Shown here in pieces: positions 61,101 through 64,000 of a stretch of DNA of 64,000 bases (the first letter of the stretch is position 1; each line of letters begins with the position of its first letter). This stretch comes from Octopus bimaculoides (lineage: Eukaryota). The notes under the pieces were generated by a model. The model made no database searches. It was not told where the DNA came from and saw only the letters and a program-made list of their open reading frames with translations. The translations under genes and the position numbers were made by a program. The DNA lies in the NCBI RefSeq assembly GCF_001194135.2, contig NC_068986.1:91575360-91639359 (forward strand), written 5' to 3'.

Positions 61101-62372
61101 TATTTTGGCCCAATATGGTCAGTTTAAATGCTAAAGGGTTAAACTGTAACTCATATTGCTCAAAATTACAAAACAGAGATATAAATAGATCTTGCATTGG
61201 ATTTGACAATGAATATGCCAGTTGTTTGATCAGTGAAACAACCTCATAGTATTATAATACTATATAAATGGCTGAGTATTCCACTATATGGCAAGTCTGG
61301 CTCTTTGAATTACAGGTAAAGTCAATCTTGTATCTCTACATTTTCTGTCAATACAATTTCATAAGGCTTGGCTTGTTTCAAGGCTTGAGTTCTACCATAG
61401 CAGAAGACACTTGTCCACGATACTGTACAGTGGGACTGAACCCATAACTTTATGATTATAAACTGAACTTAAGAAGTTCAGTTTGTTGATTATAGTGCAT
61501 GCATGGTTGAATACTTAAGTATTCAACCATGCATGCACTATAATCAGTGTAATCAGATAAGCAGATAGCCTTGTCCTATAATAATATTACGGTCTACTAC
61601 AATACAAAACTACATTCTTTTTACCTTAATCAAACTGACTTAGAAATCTGTGGTTTAACTACAGTTGGGTAGACTGTATTTTGGGATACAAAAAGACATG
61701 GAAGAAAAGAGTCTGTGGTGTAATACAAGTCTCTTGATGAGGTTAACTTAGAAGAAAATATTCACAAAGGATAGGTTTAATAGTATGAAACAATGCTAGC
61801 TTATATTATTTGTTTGATACTAGCCAATAGAAAGACATGAGGTTAAAATTTGAAATCAGAACATAGATGTTGAAAATAAATACTGCAAATAACTTATCTA
61901 TTTGTCATAAACTGTACAAGTAATTGGTTGTGGTTTCTGACACCCACCTCTTACTAACAAGATACTAATCTTCTGACCATTAATTTTTACAACTACGAAT
62001 AGCAGAGAAGAGGTTTGAAATTAATTTGCTGAACTGAATCCAAAAGTATAGTTCTGTGTGGCATAACAGTTCTTACAAAAAAAAAAAAAAATCATGCAAT
62101 GTAACCAGATATTTGCTATAAGAATAACTATCAATCCAAGTAAAATGCAAAGCCAAGATGATGATGATGAAATAGATCCCTAATCATCATTTTAGGAAGT
62201 TGGTGAGAGTCATCATAATTAATAATGAGTAGTCAATTATTACCAAGGTTCATCTGTGGGCTCCCAGCAGACAAGACACACGTTGCAGGTGAAACACATT
62301 GCACGATCATCCCCAATAGAATTGGGTTGGTGATAGAATCCAGCTTGTGCCATAGGATCTGGTAGGGCCCAT
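580..62372 (-). CDS. BIRC6: BIRC6/BRUCE/Apollon, partial gene (47 exons in window; 5' end and UBC-encoding 3' end outside)
   Basis: Joined exons give BIRC6 hallmark peptides: BIR domain CFTCNVCLVCWEPTDEPWSEHERHSTSCPFVKGE, WDEHLFELVLPRPCTVGHIDVKF, KTTPLFMTPPLSPP, ERMHSGARRFVILDLGKPVLLTD, QASPPHRRARSAAWSY, IPPHSLIAFGLFLRLPGYADVLL. All junctions but one are phase-consistent. Similarity is from recall, not a database search. Confidence 0.97.
1005..1237 (-). CDS. BIRC6: exon w46 (...PSALQVFASVGGLALLAEHLP...QWVSV)
   Basis: ttacag / gttagt, 233 nt. Confidence 0.95.
1720..1863 (-). CDS. BIRC6: exon w45 (GQPLPAELTLSQLLVILQEKGYPQG...)
   Basis: ttatag / gtatgt, 144 nt; human GQPLPAEMTLAQLL. Confidence 0.95.
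2030..2355 (+). mobile_element. RTE 3' end copy
   Basis: DLWQYTVLEKTCQAK-like end, then tail ending gttaaatgacaatgatga. Confidence 0.8.
2655..2813 (-). CDS. BIRC6: exon w44 (GLLAKERREK...PPRARG...LSLYHNLLP)
   Basis: ttctag / gtaaat, 159 nt. Confidence 0.9.
3947..4069 (-). CDS. BIRC6: exon w43 (DHTGHMAQFWDG...DFLSNAA), GC donor
   Basis: ccacag acceptor, CAG|gcaagt donor, 123 nt, phase 1 to 1. Confidence 0.82.
5607..5843 (-). CDS. BIRC6: exon w42 (...LSGFTRRMFLQVLLEE...HPCFGAGRHFHT...)
   Basis: taatag / gtatat, 237 nt. Confidence 0.94.
6050..6440 (-). mobile_element. old RTE C-terminal fragment
   Basis: Decayed LREKLGIRIIRCV segment similar to the 32.4-32.8 kb RTE region. Confidence 0.55.
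6778..6913 (-). CDS. BIRC6: exon w41 (MMTAEERAAIETVV...ISCHSQNQHLFARVLCE)
   Basis: tttcag / gtatgg, 136 nt. Confidence 0.94.
6946..7400 (-). mobile_element. RTE 3'-tail copy plus adjacent older copy
   Basis: (cat)n-ttaacatccactttccatgctagcatggg...cttttacgtgccaccggcacg consensus. Confidence 0.85.
7975..8186 (-). CDS. BIRC6: exon w40 (...TVTADLVAAILGFF...MIKDWMGSAEG...)
   Basis: taacag / gtaagt, 212 nt. Confidence 0.94.
9233..9798 (-). CDS. BIRC6: exon w39 (SVYEWS...LKRAVDNVLCS...SHLSTLAITCQSPGAVQQLL...)
   Basis: ttccag / gtaagt, 566 nt. Confidence 0.95.
10197..10433 (+). mobile_element. tRNA-derived SINE family B
   Basis: ggtgagctggtagaa...gttcaaatcc (A/B box-like), core cctttcggggtcgataaattaagtaccag. 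Confidence 0.85.
11030..11175. repeat. (GA)n-rich microsatellite beside the exon w38 donor
   Basis: Direct reading. Confidence 0.9.
11180..11410 (-). CDS. BIRC6: exon w38 (LKALIVWLGDSA...PAAPHVHCIAAILW...QLFR)
   Basis: ttatag / gtatct, 231 nt. Confidence 0.94.
12044..12149 (-). CDS. BIRC6: exon w37 (...NDSTIEILYQLGTLQDSGTPAR)
   Basis: ttgtag / gtgagt, 106 nt. Confidence 0.94.
12970..13130 (-). mobile_element. RTE-tail-related repeat, different subfamily
   Basis: tcatttaaacatccactttcccatgcttcc...cctgttgccaaccctcacc. Confidence 0.6.
13187..13425 (-). CDS. BIRC6: exon w36 (LGWVQLLQHCL...LLKLGLHS...)
   Basis: tgacag / gttagt, 239 nt. Confidence 0.94.
13815..14060 (-). mobile_element. SINE family B copy
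   Basis: Reverse complement of the 10197 element core. Confidence 0.75.
14208..14484 (-). CDS. BIRC6: exon w35 (TCPSYVSLEVSHDG...LHRARDSMTIGLSQI...VSKT)
   Basis: tttcag / gtcagt, 277 nt. Confidence 0.95.
14774..14974 (-). CDS. BIRC6: exon w34 (GSISSSSPTATPAEVLIQASPPHRRARSAAWSY...)
   Basis: ttacag / gtaagt, 201 nt. Confidence 0.96.
15195..15482 (-). mobile_element. RTE 3'-tail copy (young subfamily)
   Basis: Roughly 90% similar by eye to copies at 6946, 18756, 26525 and 54715. Confidence 0.88.
16128..16322 (-). CDS. BIRC6: exon w33 (GAVDVICNNLV...LQNFAPL)
   Basis: ctgtag / gtaagt, 195 nt. Confidence 0.94.
17581..18551 (-). CDS. BIRC6: exon w32 (GAFYNSSGPLDAQ...ARFCFGGLFASL...LSDPLLWFILKVL...FLQM)
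   Basis: ttccag / gtgagt, 971 nt. Confidence 0.96.
18756..19215 (-). mobile_element. RTE 3'-tail copy with internal tandem units
   Basis: Same consensus; several gtgccaccggcac units. Confidence 0.88.
19283..19404 (-). CDS. BIRC6: exon w31 (VGPSAAKAFYEFLQRLEV...LLLKLVYVLTADR)
   Basis: ttctag / gtaaat, 122 nt. Confidence 0.94.
19640..20941 (+). mobile_element. Tc1/mariner (mariner-type) DNA transposon, near full length (about 1.3 kb), inactivated
   Basis: Transposase remnants from ATG 19853: TVAPRTAQKWFK, RIVTSDKKWVY, FQQDNAKPH, YSPDVAPSDY. Imperfect TIRs: aaagttcatgcaccatgttaaaat (about 19656) versus the reverse complement of attttaacacagtgcatgaacttt (about 20903). Frameshift near 20015, in-frame stop and internal deletion. 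Confidence 0.92.
21282..21734 (-). CDS. BIRC6: exon w30 (...QVHLDTLLQLWL...VRTWVLAFQTL...RYQQ)
   Basis: ctttag / gtaact, 453 nt. Confidence 0.93.
22286..22438 (-). CDS. BIRC6: exon w29 (VMLSYQMVSVQGAFNA...IIQCTSPTQ)
   Basis: cttcttcttcag / gtatga, 153 nt, phase 0 to 0. Confidence 0.85.
23323..23510 (-). CDS. BIRC6: exon w28 (...DVKSYIDSVYY...AVDFRLELGLQLQAELGLR); acceptor uncertain (23498, 23510 or 23519)
   Basis: Donor gtaagt at 23322; human ALDARLEVGLEQQAEL; all nearby AG acceptors give phase 1. Confidence 0.85.
24144..24357 (-). CDS. BIRC6: exon w27 (DSELGQTKES...EENEYDDD...TPDALAS), acidic low-conservation region
   Basis: atgtag / gtaagt, 214 nt; only one open frame, ends in phase 2. 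Confidence 0.8.
24687..24836 (-). CDS. BIRC6: exon w26 (GERLYPASSPLEG...EAIDAT)
   Basis: tcccag / gtttgt, 150 nt. Confidence 0.85.
24883..25050 (+). mobile_element. SINE family A, strongly diverged
   Basis: catggctgtctaag...ccttgagcaagtc...gccttgcaagtggaatttg. Confidence 0.5.
25373..25556 (-). CDS. BIRC6: exon w25 (VLARICLATRP...WGGPWAGHAITCLLQDILD)
   Basis: aatcag / gtaaat, 184 nt. Confidence 0.94.
26330..26490 (-). mobile_element. SINE family B, diverged
   Basis: ccagtgctcaactggtacttatttt...gaaaggcagaattggc...gaatttcaactcagaa. Confidence 0.6.
26525..26880 (-). mobile_element. RTE 3'-tail copy
   Basis: Same consensus. Confidence 0.88.
27050..27256 (-). CDS. BIRC6: exon w24 (IRKTDGEHFRKM...LPRERCLPVVRGLVTLILSMDSTCSVDLFLVASK)
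   Basis: ttacag / gtaaat, 207 nt. Confidence 0.94.
28311..28393. repeat. near-perfect inverted repeat (39/40-nt arms, 4-nt loop)
   Basis: tgataatttgcataacaggatatatattgagcattttac - tggt - gtaaaatgctcaatatatattcctgttatgcaaattatca; one 1-nt bulge. Confidence 0.95.
28515..28789 (-). CDS. BIRC6: exon w23 (GTYLPNRWSFL...QKRIFHHKQKL...QYASK)
   Basis: tcgcag / gtgtgt, 275 nt. Confidence 0.9.
29907..30029 (-). CDS. BIRC6: exon w22 (GSVDLTLVGWILLFLCRNLDH...KDKDS)
   Basis: ttgtag / gtaggt, 123 nt; donor chosen for phase 1 match to w23. Confidence 0.88.
30280..30470 (+). mobile_element. old RTE C-terminal fragment
   Basis: EGSCRRGRPMKT motif followed by a decayed tail. Confidence 0.45.
31428..31573 (-). 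CDS. BIRC6: exon w21 (VFVLLTALGQKSL...ILESLLGML)
   Basis: tttcag / gttggt, 146 nt. Confidence 0.92.
31998..34140 (-). mobile_element. RTE-clade LINE, 5'-truncated, degenerate (RT domain, C-terminus and 3' UTR)
   Basis: Fragments KTGKAPGP, MQFGFVPGRSTTDAIFLVRQLQ, AFVDLEKAFDRVPR, LLYTDD, YGACVQAIMLHSSETWA, VEGTCDRGSPRKTW; stops and frameshifts; ends in the shared RTE tail. Confidence 0.92.
34361..34697 (-). CDS. BIRC6: exon w20 (...KLRFLLECLLETL...WWGKFLG...VFPQDR)
   Basis: ttgtag / gtatgc, 337 nt. Confidence 0.95.
35301..35784 (-). CDS. BIRC6: exon w19 (ITTIGRYGGSATRSKIPVGSFYGH...LEDIQCRY...CLQLQLQLNL)
   Basis: cctcag / gtaacc, 484 nt. Confidence 0.95.
36512..36726 (-). CDS. BIRC6: exon w18 (GARRFVILDLGKPVLLTDVIIP...PPPICRYLK)
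   Basis: taacag / gtaatt, 215 nt. Confidence 0.96.
37146..37254 (-). CDS. BIRC6: exon w17 (...HLLQPPSPQVLVVERMHS)
   Basis: tttcag / gtattc, 109 nt. Confidence 0.9.
37489..38242 (-). CDS. BIRC6: exon w16 (YGLQGHPFDPDLFD...GLLEVEPLHFTC...KTTPLFMTPPLSPP)
   Basis: ttgtag / gtaagt, 754 nt. Confidence 0.95.
38575..38782 (+). mobile_element. RTE 3'-tail copy
   Basis: Reverse complement of the consensus tail. Confidence 0.82.
39900..40154 (-). CDS. BIRC6: exon w15 (...LLQALLECLPLLPSGYSAGALRWFFTLL...LHSLLKAR)
   Basis: ttttag / gtaagc, 255 nt. Confidence 0.93.
40977..41122 (+). mobile_element. SINE family C 5' part, diverged, inverted relative to the 41334 copy
   Basis: gtgaaggcacatggcctagtggttagg...ttcttgagcaaaacact...gttgctccagcccactcag. 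Confidence 0.7.
41334..41670 (-). mobile_element. tRNA-derived SINE family C, full length
   Basis: Head gtgaaggcgcatgactcagtggttagagc...gagttcgaatccc with clear A and B boxes, followed by an unrelated body. Confidence 0.85.
41840..41965 (-). CDS. BIRC6: exon w14 (...LVKACFIHGTRTTAHKASRLLVLCME)
   Basis: tcacag / gtaagt, 126 nt. Confidence 0.92.
42502..42672 (-). CDS. BIRC6: exon w13 (WHRNMMIESAEFHENLL...LALDILCWV)
   Basis: taacag / gtaagg, 171 nt, phase 2 to 2. Confidence 0.92.
43987..44222 (-). CDS. BIRC6: exon w12 (...ENIQGCDWIQELSITVRKTKKTRVPKER)
   Basis: tgttag / gtgaga, 236 nt; human ENLRGCDLLQEVSVTIRRFKKTSISKER. Confidence 0.93.
44410..44720 (-). mobile_element. diverged RTE tail copy
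   Basis: tttaatgtccaccttccatgcatgcatggg...gatgcccttcc. Confidence 0.7.
45030..45200 (+). mobile_element. diverged RTE tail copy next to the exon w11 donor
   Basis: gtacactccataaagtggttggc...catccaacccataccagcatggaaag. Confidence 0.65.
45219..45891 (-). CDS. BIRC6: exon w11 (NTWDEHLFELVLPRP...SRSFLLHIKG), includes Thr-rich tract
   Basis: ctgcag / gtaata, 673 nt, within ORF 45156..45980. Confidence 0.95.
46506..46725 (-). CDS. BIRC6: exon w10 (...FENLMPRFSATVSPCWAEIQQEQQQRRHPQHL...TRTWKLQ)
   Basis: tttcag / gtaac, 220 nt, highly conserved motif. Confidence 0.95.
47299..47490 (-). CDS. BIRC6: exon w9 (GLDRLCACTMGGKLHFYQL...)
   Basis: acgtag / gtaagt, 192 nt; human equivalent GTDRLCACTKGGELHFLQI. 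Confidence 0.93.
47733..47854 (+). mobile_element. SINE family A, 3' fragment
   Basis: atagaataagtactaggcttacaaagaataag...gaaacaagtaaaagaataaaag. Confidence 0.8.
48366..48764 (-). mobile_element. tRNA-derived SINE family A, full length
   Basis: Head ggagtggctgtgtggtaag...ggttcagtccc, central (TA)/(TG) tract, tail gtcaaatgactgaaacaagtaaaa. Confidence 0.88.
49770..50085. mobile_element. RTE tail (minus) plus inverted tail stub (plus)
   Basis: Left end catcatcatcatttcatgtccattttcc; right end aaaaatggatgttaaatgatgatgatgatg. Confidence 0.7.
50239..51606 (-). CDS. BIRC6: exon w8, 1368-nt exon (WD40/beta-propeller region with large insertions)
   Basis: Contains ORF 50225..51553; GHILQCVELP, GTILVYRLN, GHIKLWDLS and KFTSLTCCTG match the human propeller segments; ctttag / gtatgt. 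Confidence 0.93.
52185..52525 (+). mobile_element. RTE 3'-tail copy with three units of about 68 bp
   Basis: Repeated gtaaaaagcacc units, then the consensus tail. Confidence 0.82.
52647..52716 (-). repeat. intronic copy of exon w8 sequence 51460-51550 lacking 21 nt
   Basis: cattactgcattcatt...ctcctcc ttttgattcaatcata...ttttccatcatgca shared in direct orientation. Confidence 0.88.
53196..53345 (-). CDS. BIRC6: exon w7, symmetric (VKDRMEQLRAAVGGTDDVTWLTAHSTCFGGSMVLALQANMHVQKYSKQRE)
   Basis: cttcttcag acceptor, gtgagt donor, 150 nt, phase 1 to 1, GC-richer than flanks; skipping also keeps frame. Confidence 0.7.
53453..53595 (-). CDS. BIRC6: exon w6 (RMDQQLKTERDRCPNELL...DELYTR)
   Basis: ttgtag / gttagt, 143 nt, phase 2 to 1; TAGCAG tandem acceptor. 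Confidence 0.82.
53973..54149 (+). mobile_element. SINE family A, 5' half, runs into gap
   Basis: Same head sequence. Confidence 0.85.
54150..54714. other. assembly gap (565 N)
   Basis: N run between a SINE (TA)n tract and an RTE tail. Confidence 0.99.
54715..54990 (-). mobile_element. RTE 3'-tail copy, tail end hidden in gap
   Basis: Same consensus, with internal duplication of aaggccagtcaggcggtactggc. Confidence 0.85.
55691..56019 (+). mobile_element. SINE family A with central deletion
   Basis: Head and tail match 48366-48764; ends about 20 nt from the exon w5 donor. Confidence 0.85.
56039..56154 (-). CDS. BIRC6: exon w5 (KHCQFNLDPTEPVVAAKTG...SRHKSG)
   Basis: aaccag / gtaagc, 116 nt, open frame, phase 0 to 2. 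Confidence 0.82.
56256..56604. other. assembly gap (349 N)
   Basis: N run; 10-N gaps also at 25675-25684 and 55646-55655. Confidence 0.99.
57285..57380 (-). CDS. BIRC6: exon w4 (IECISTSSSKHFFATSTLNGNVVIWSTARLLK), WD40-like repeat
   Basis: tttcag / gtaatt, 96 nt, phase 0 to 0. Confidence 0.9.
57690..58142 (+). mobile_element. CR1/L2-like LINE 3' fragment
   Basis: Translates GHAYKVRKQH...KHFFTLRVAEA*NKLPASVV...SFK, the CR1/L2 ORF2 C-terminal motif; ends in (att)n. Confidence 0.72.
58413..58462 (-). CDS. BIRC6: exon w3 (VTYATQPALLHGEPTDK)
   Basis: ttgcag / gtaaga, 50 nt, bridges phase 1 to 0; resembles human VTLATSPA. Confidence 0.88.
58729..58802 (-). CDS. BIRC6: exon w2, BIR C-terminal part (SEHERHSTSCPFVKGEYTQNVPLL)
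   Basis: ttccag / gtttgt, 74 nt, supplies the His and Cys zinc ligands. Confidence 0.95.
58815..59025. repeat. (TA)n/(CA)n microsatellites
   Basis: Direct reading; similar tracts at about 8945, 13715 and 25108. Confidence 0.85.
60877..60925 (-). mobile_element. RTE tail stub
   Basis: (cat)n cgtcgtttaacgtccgctttccatgctagc, then abrupt end. Confidence 0.75.
61487..61546. repeat. perfect 60-bp palindrome with no spacer
   Basis: tgattatagtgcatgcatggttgaatactt|aagtattcaaccatgcatgcactataatca. Confidence 0.96.
62244..62372 (-). CDS. BIRC6: exon w1, BIR domain part (WALPDPMAQAGFYHQPNSIGDDRAMCFTCNVCLVCWEPTDEPW)
   Basis: ttttcag acceptor, gtaata donor, 129 nt, phase 2 to 2; not in the ORF track. 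Confidence 0.96.
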
Positions 62373-62537
62373 CTGAAAAATAGAAGGCAATTTTCTAATT
62401 AAGACAAAAGATTTTATTTAAATAATTGCCCTGAGAAGAGAAAAACACATACAAAAAGAAAAAACACTTGAAATAAATTGCAAAAATAAAATGAAGAATC
62501 AAATTAGATGCCACTAGTTCACATATTATCCAGATAT

Positions 62538-62926
62538 TCTTTTATTCTTTTACTTGTTTCAGTCATTTGACAGCAGCCATGCTGGAGCTCTGCCTTTTAG
62601 TCGAATAAATCAACCCCAAGATTTATTCTTTGTAAGCCTAGTACTTATTCTATCGGACTCTTTTGCTGAACCGCTAAGTTAGGGAGACATAAACACACCA
62701 ACCTTGGTTGTCAAGTGATGGTGGGTGGGGCAAACACAAACACACAAATATATACATATATTTATATGCGACAGGCTTTTTTTCAGTTTCCGTCTACCAA
62801 ATCCACTCACAAAGCTTTGGTCAGCCCAAGGCTCTAATAGAAGACACTTGCCCAAGGTACCACACAGTGGGACTGAACCCGGAAGCATGTGGTTGGTAAA
62901 CAAGCTACTTGCTACACAGCCACTCC
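62538..62926 (-). mobile_element. SINE family A, full length
   Basis: Same family; about 165 nt upstream of the exon w1 acceptor. Confidence 0.88.
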
Positions 62927-63649
62927 ATATCAGAAATTTTCACAAAAACTTTAAAATAATCACAATCCCCACTGAAAATAAATACAGATGTCTAAGATGC
63001 GATTACTCAACAAGTCTATGCAATAGTACATATTTACTGTGTTTTCATCCATTAATCTATACTTATATTTCTCTTTTTTTTTTAATGGAAAGATGCCCTT
63101 CCAACTCAACTGCTAACCTCTTAACTCTTAACTTCCTTTTATTAGTAAGGTAAGATTTGAACTTATGACTGATCATCAATCTAGTATCTTAACCTTAGAG
63201 ACTGGTCACCCATATTCACATGCTACAAAAAAAAAATCCACCACAAAACTGGAAAAAAAAAAAACCCAGCTTTATTACAAAGCATAAAACATGGGTCGGT
63301 TTAAATCATTGAAGTCAGCCTTCTTGTATTTAGGAAAATAGACACAAGAATGATTTTTCATGAGATTGATGAAACCCTTAACAGTTATAAAATCTAGCTG
63401 CTTACAGTAATGGATTGTACCACTAAATGGTATCCGTTTACAGCCAGGTGTACTGAGTATTGGCCTTCAGTACATCACAACACTAGTATATGGTCTAGAA
63501 ACAGCACAGAAATGAGCAAACTGAGACTTGATCTGATGCCAACAAATAGCAACATATTTTTGTGGGTGGGAGTGGTTACTATTTTTACATACTTTCCCAT
63601 GCTTTGATGGATGCGATGGCTTCTAGTTGGAGTAATTAGTTTTAGAGGA

Positions 63650-63757
63650 TGACATGGCTGTGCGGCTAAGAGGTTTGTTTCACAACCACATGATTTTGGG
63701 TTCAGTCTCACTGCGCAACACCTAGAGTAAATGTCTTTTACTATAGCCCTGAGCCAA
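63650..63757 (+). mobile_element. SINE family A head, diverged
   Basis: catggctgtgcggctaag...ggttcagtctcactg...ctatagccctgagcc. Confidence 0.65.
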
Positions 63758-64000
63758 TCCATAGAACATACAATTTAAAAGAAATAAATTGCAGAAAGTC
63801 CATTGTATATTTTTGTGTGTGTGTATGTGTGGAGGGAAGGTGAGGAAGGGGTAGACTCAGAAAGATGTGGGATAAATTGGTGAGAAAGGATCTTCAGATG
63901 TTGGGCCTCACAGTGGGGATGACAAGGTACCAAAACTTCTGGCGGTTTGCTGTGCTTTGAGAAGACATGTTAAGCTAAGTAAAATCGTGGTTATCTTTGC

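Noticed and set aside
1-64000. A novel multi-gene biological system, nested gene or prokaryotic/viral insert
   Set aside because: All substantial coding signal is explained by BIRC6 exons or decayed transposons; I saw no independent intact ORF, operon-like cluster or compositional island

Overview
AT-rich eukaryotic (metazoan) genomic DNA. The microsatellite load and the (CAT)n-tailed RTE and tRNA-derived SINE families resemble those of Octopus; the species is an inference. The whole window lies inside one large minus-strand gene, BIRC6 (BRUCE/Apollon, the giant IAP with a UBC domain). I reconstructed 47 coding exons (about 12.4 kb, about 4,100 codons) by hand from splice sites, phase continuity and recalled similarity to human BIRC6. 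They run from the BIR domain (62372) to the ...LVLGVTDDGDG segment (580). The N-terminus and the C-terminal UBC domain lie outside the window. Introns contain a decayed full-length mariner, a 2.1 kb RTE LINE fragment, a CR1-like fragment, many RTE 3' tails, three SINE families, microsatellites and four assembly gaps. I found no convincing new multi-gene system. The best leads are RNA-processing features: one intron junction that does not close in frame (a possible 8-nt micro-exon), an inverted SINE pair tightly flanking an in-frame stop-free block of BIR exons (circRNA candidate), a GC-AG intron, a symmetric extra exon, an intronic copy of exon sequence, and two near-perfect hairpins. Exon labels w1-w47 are numbered within this window only.
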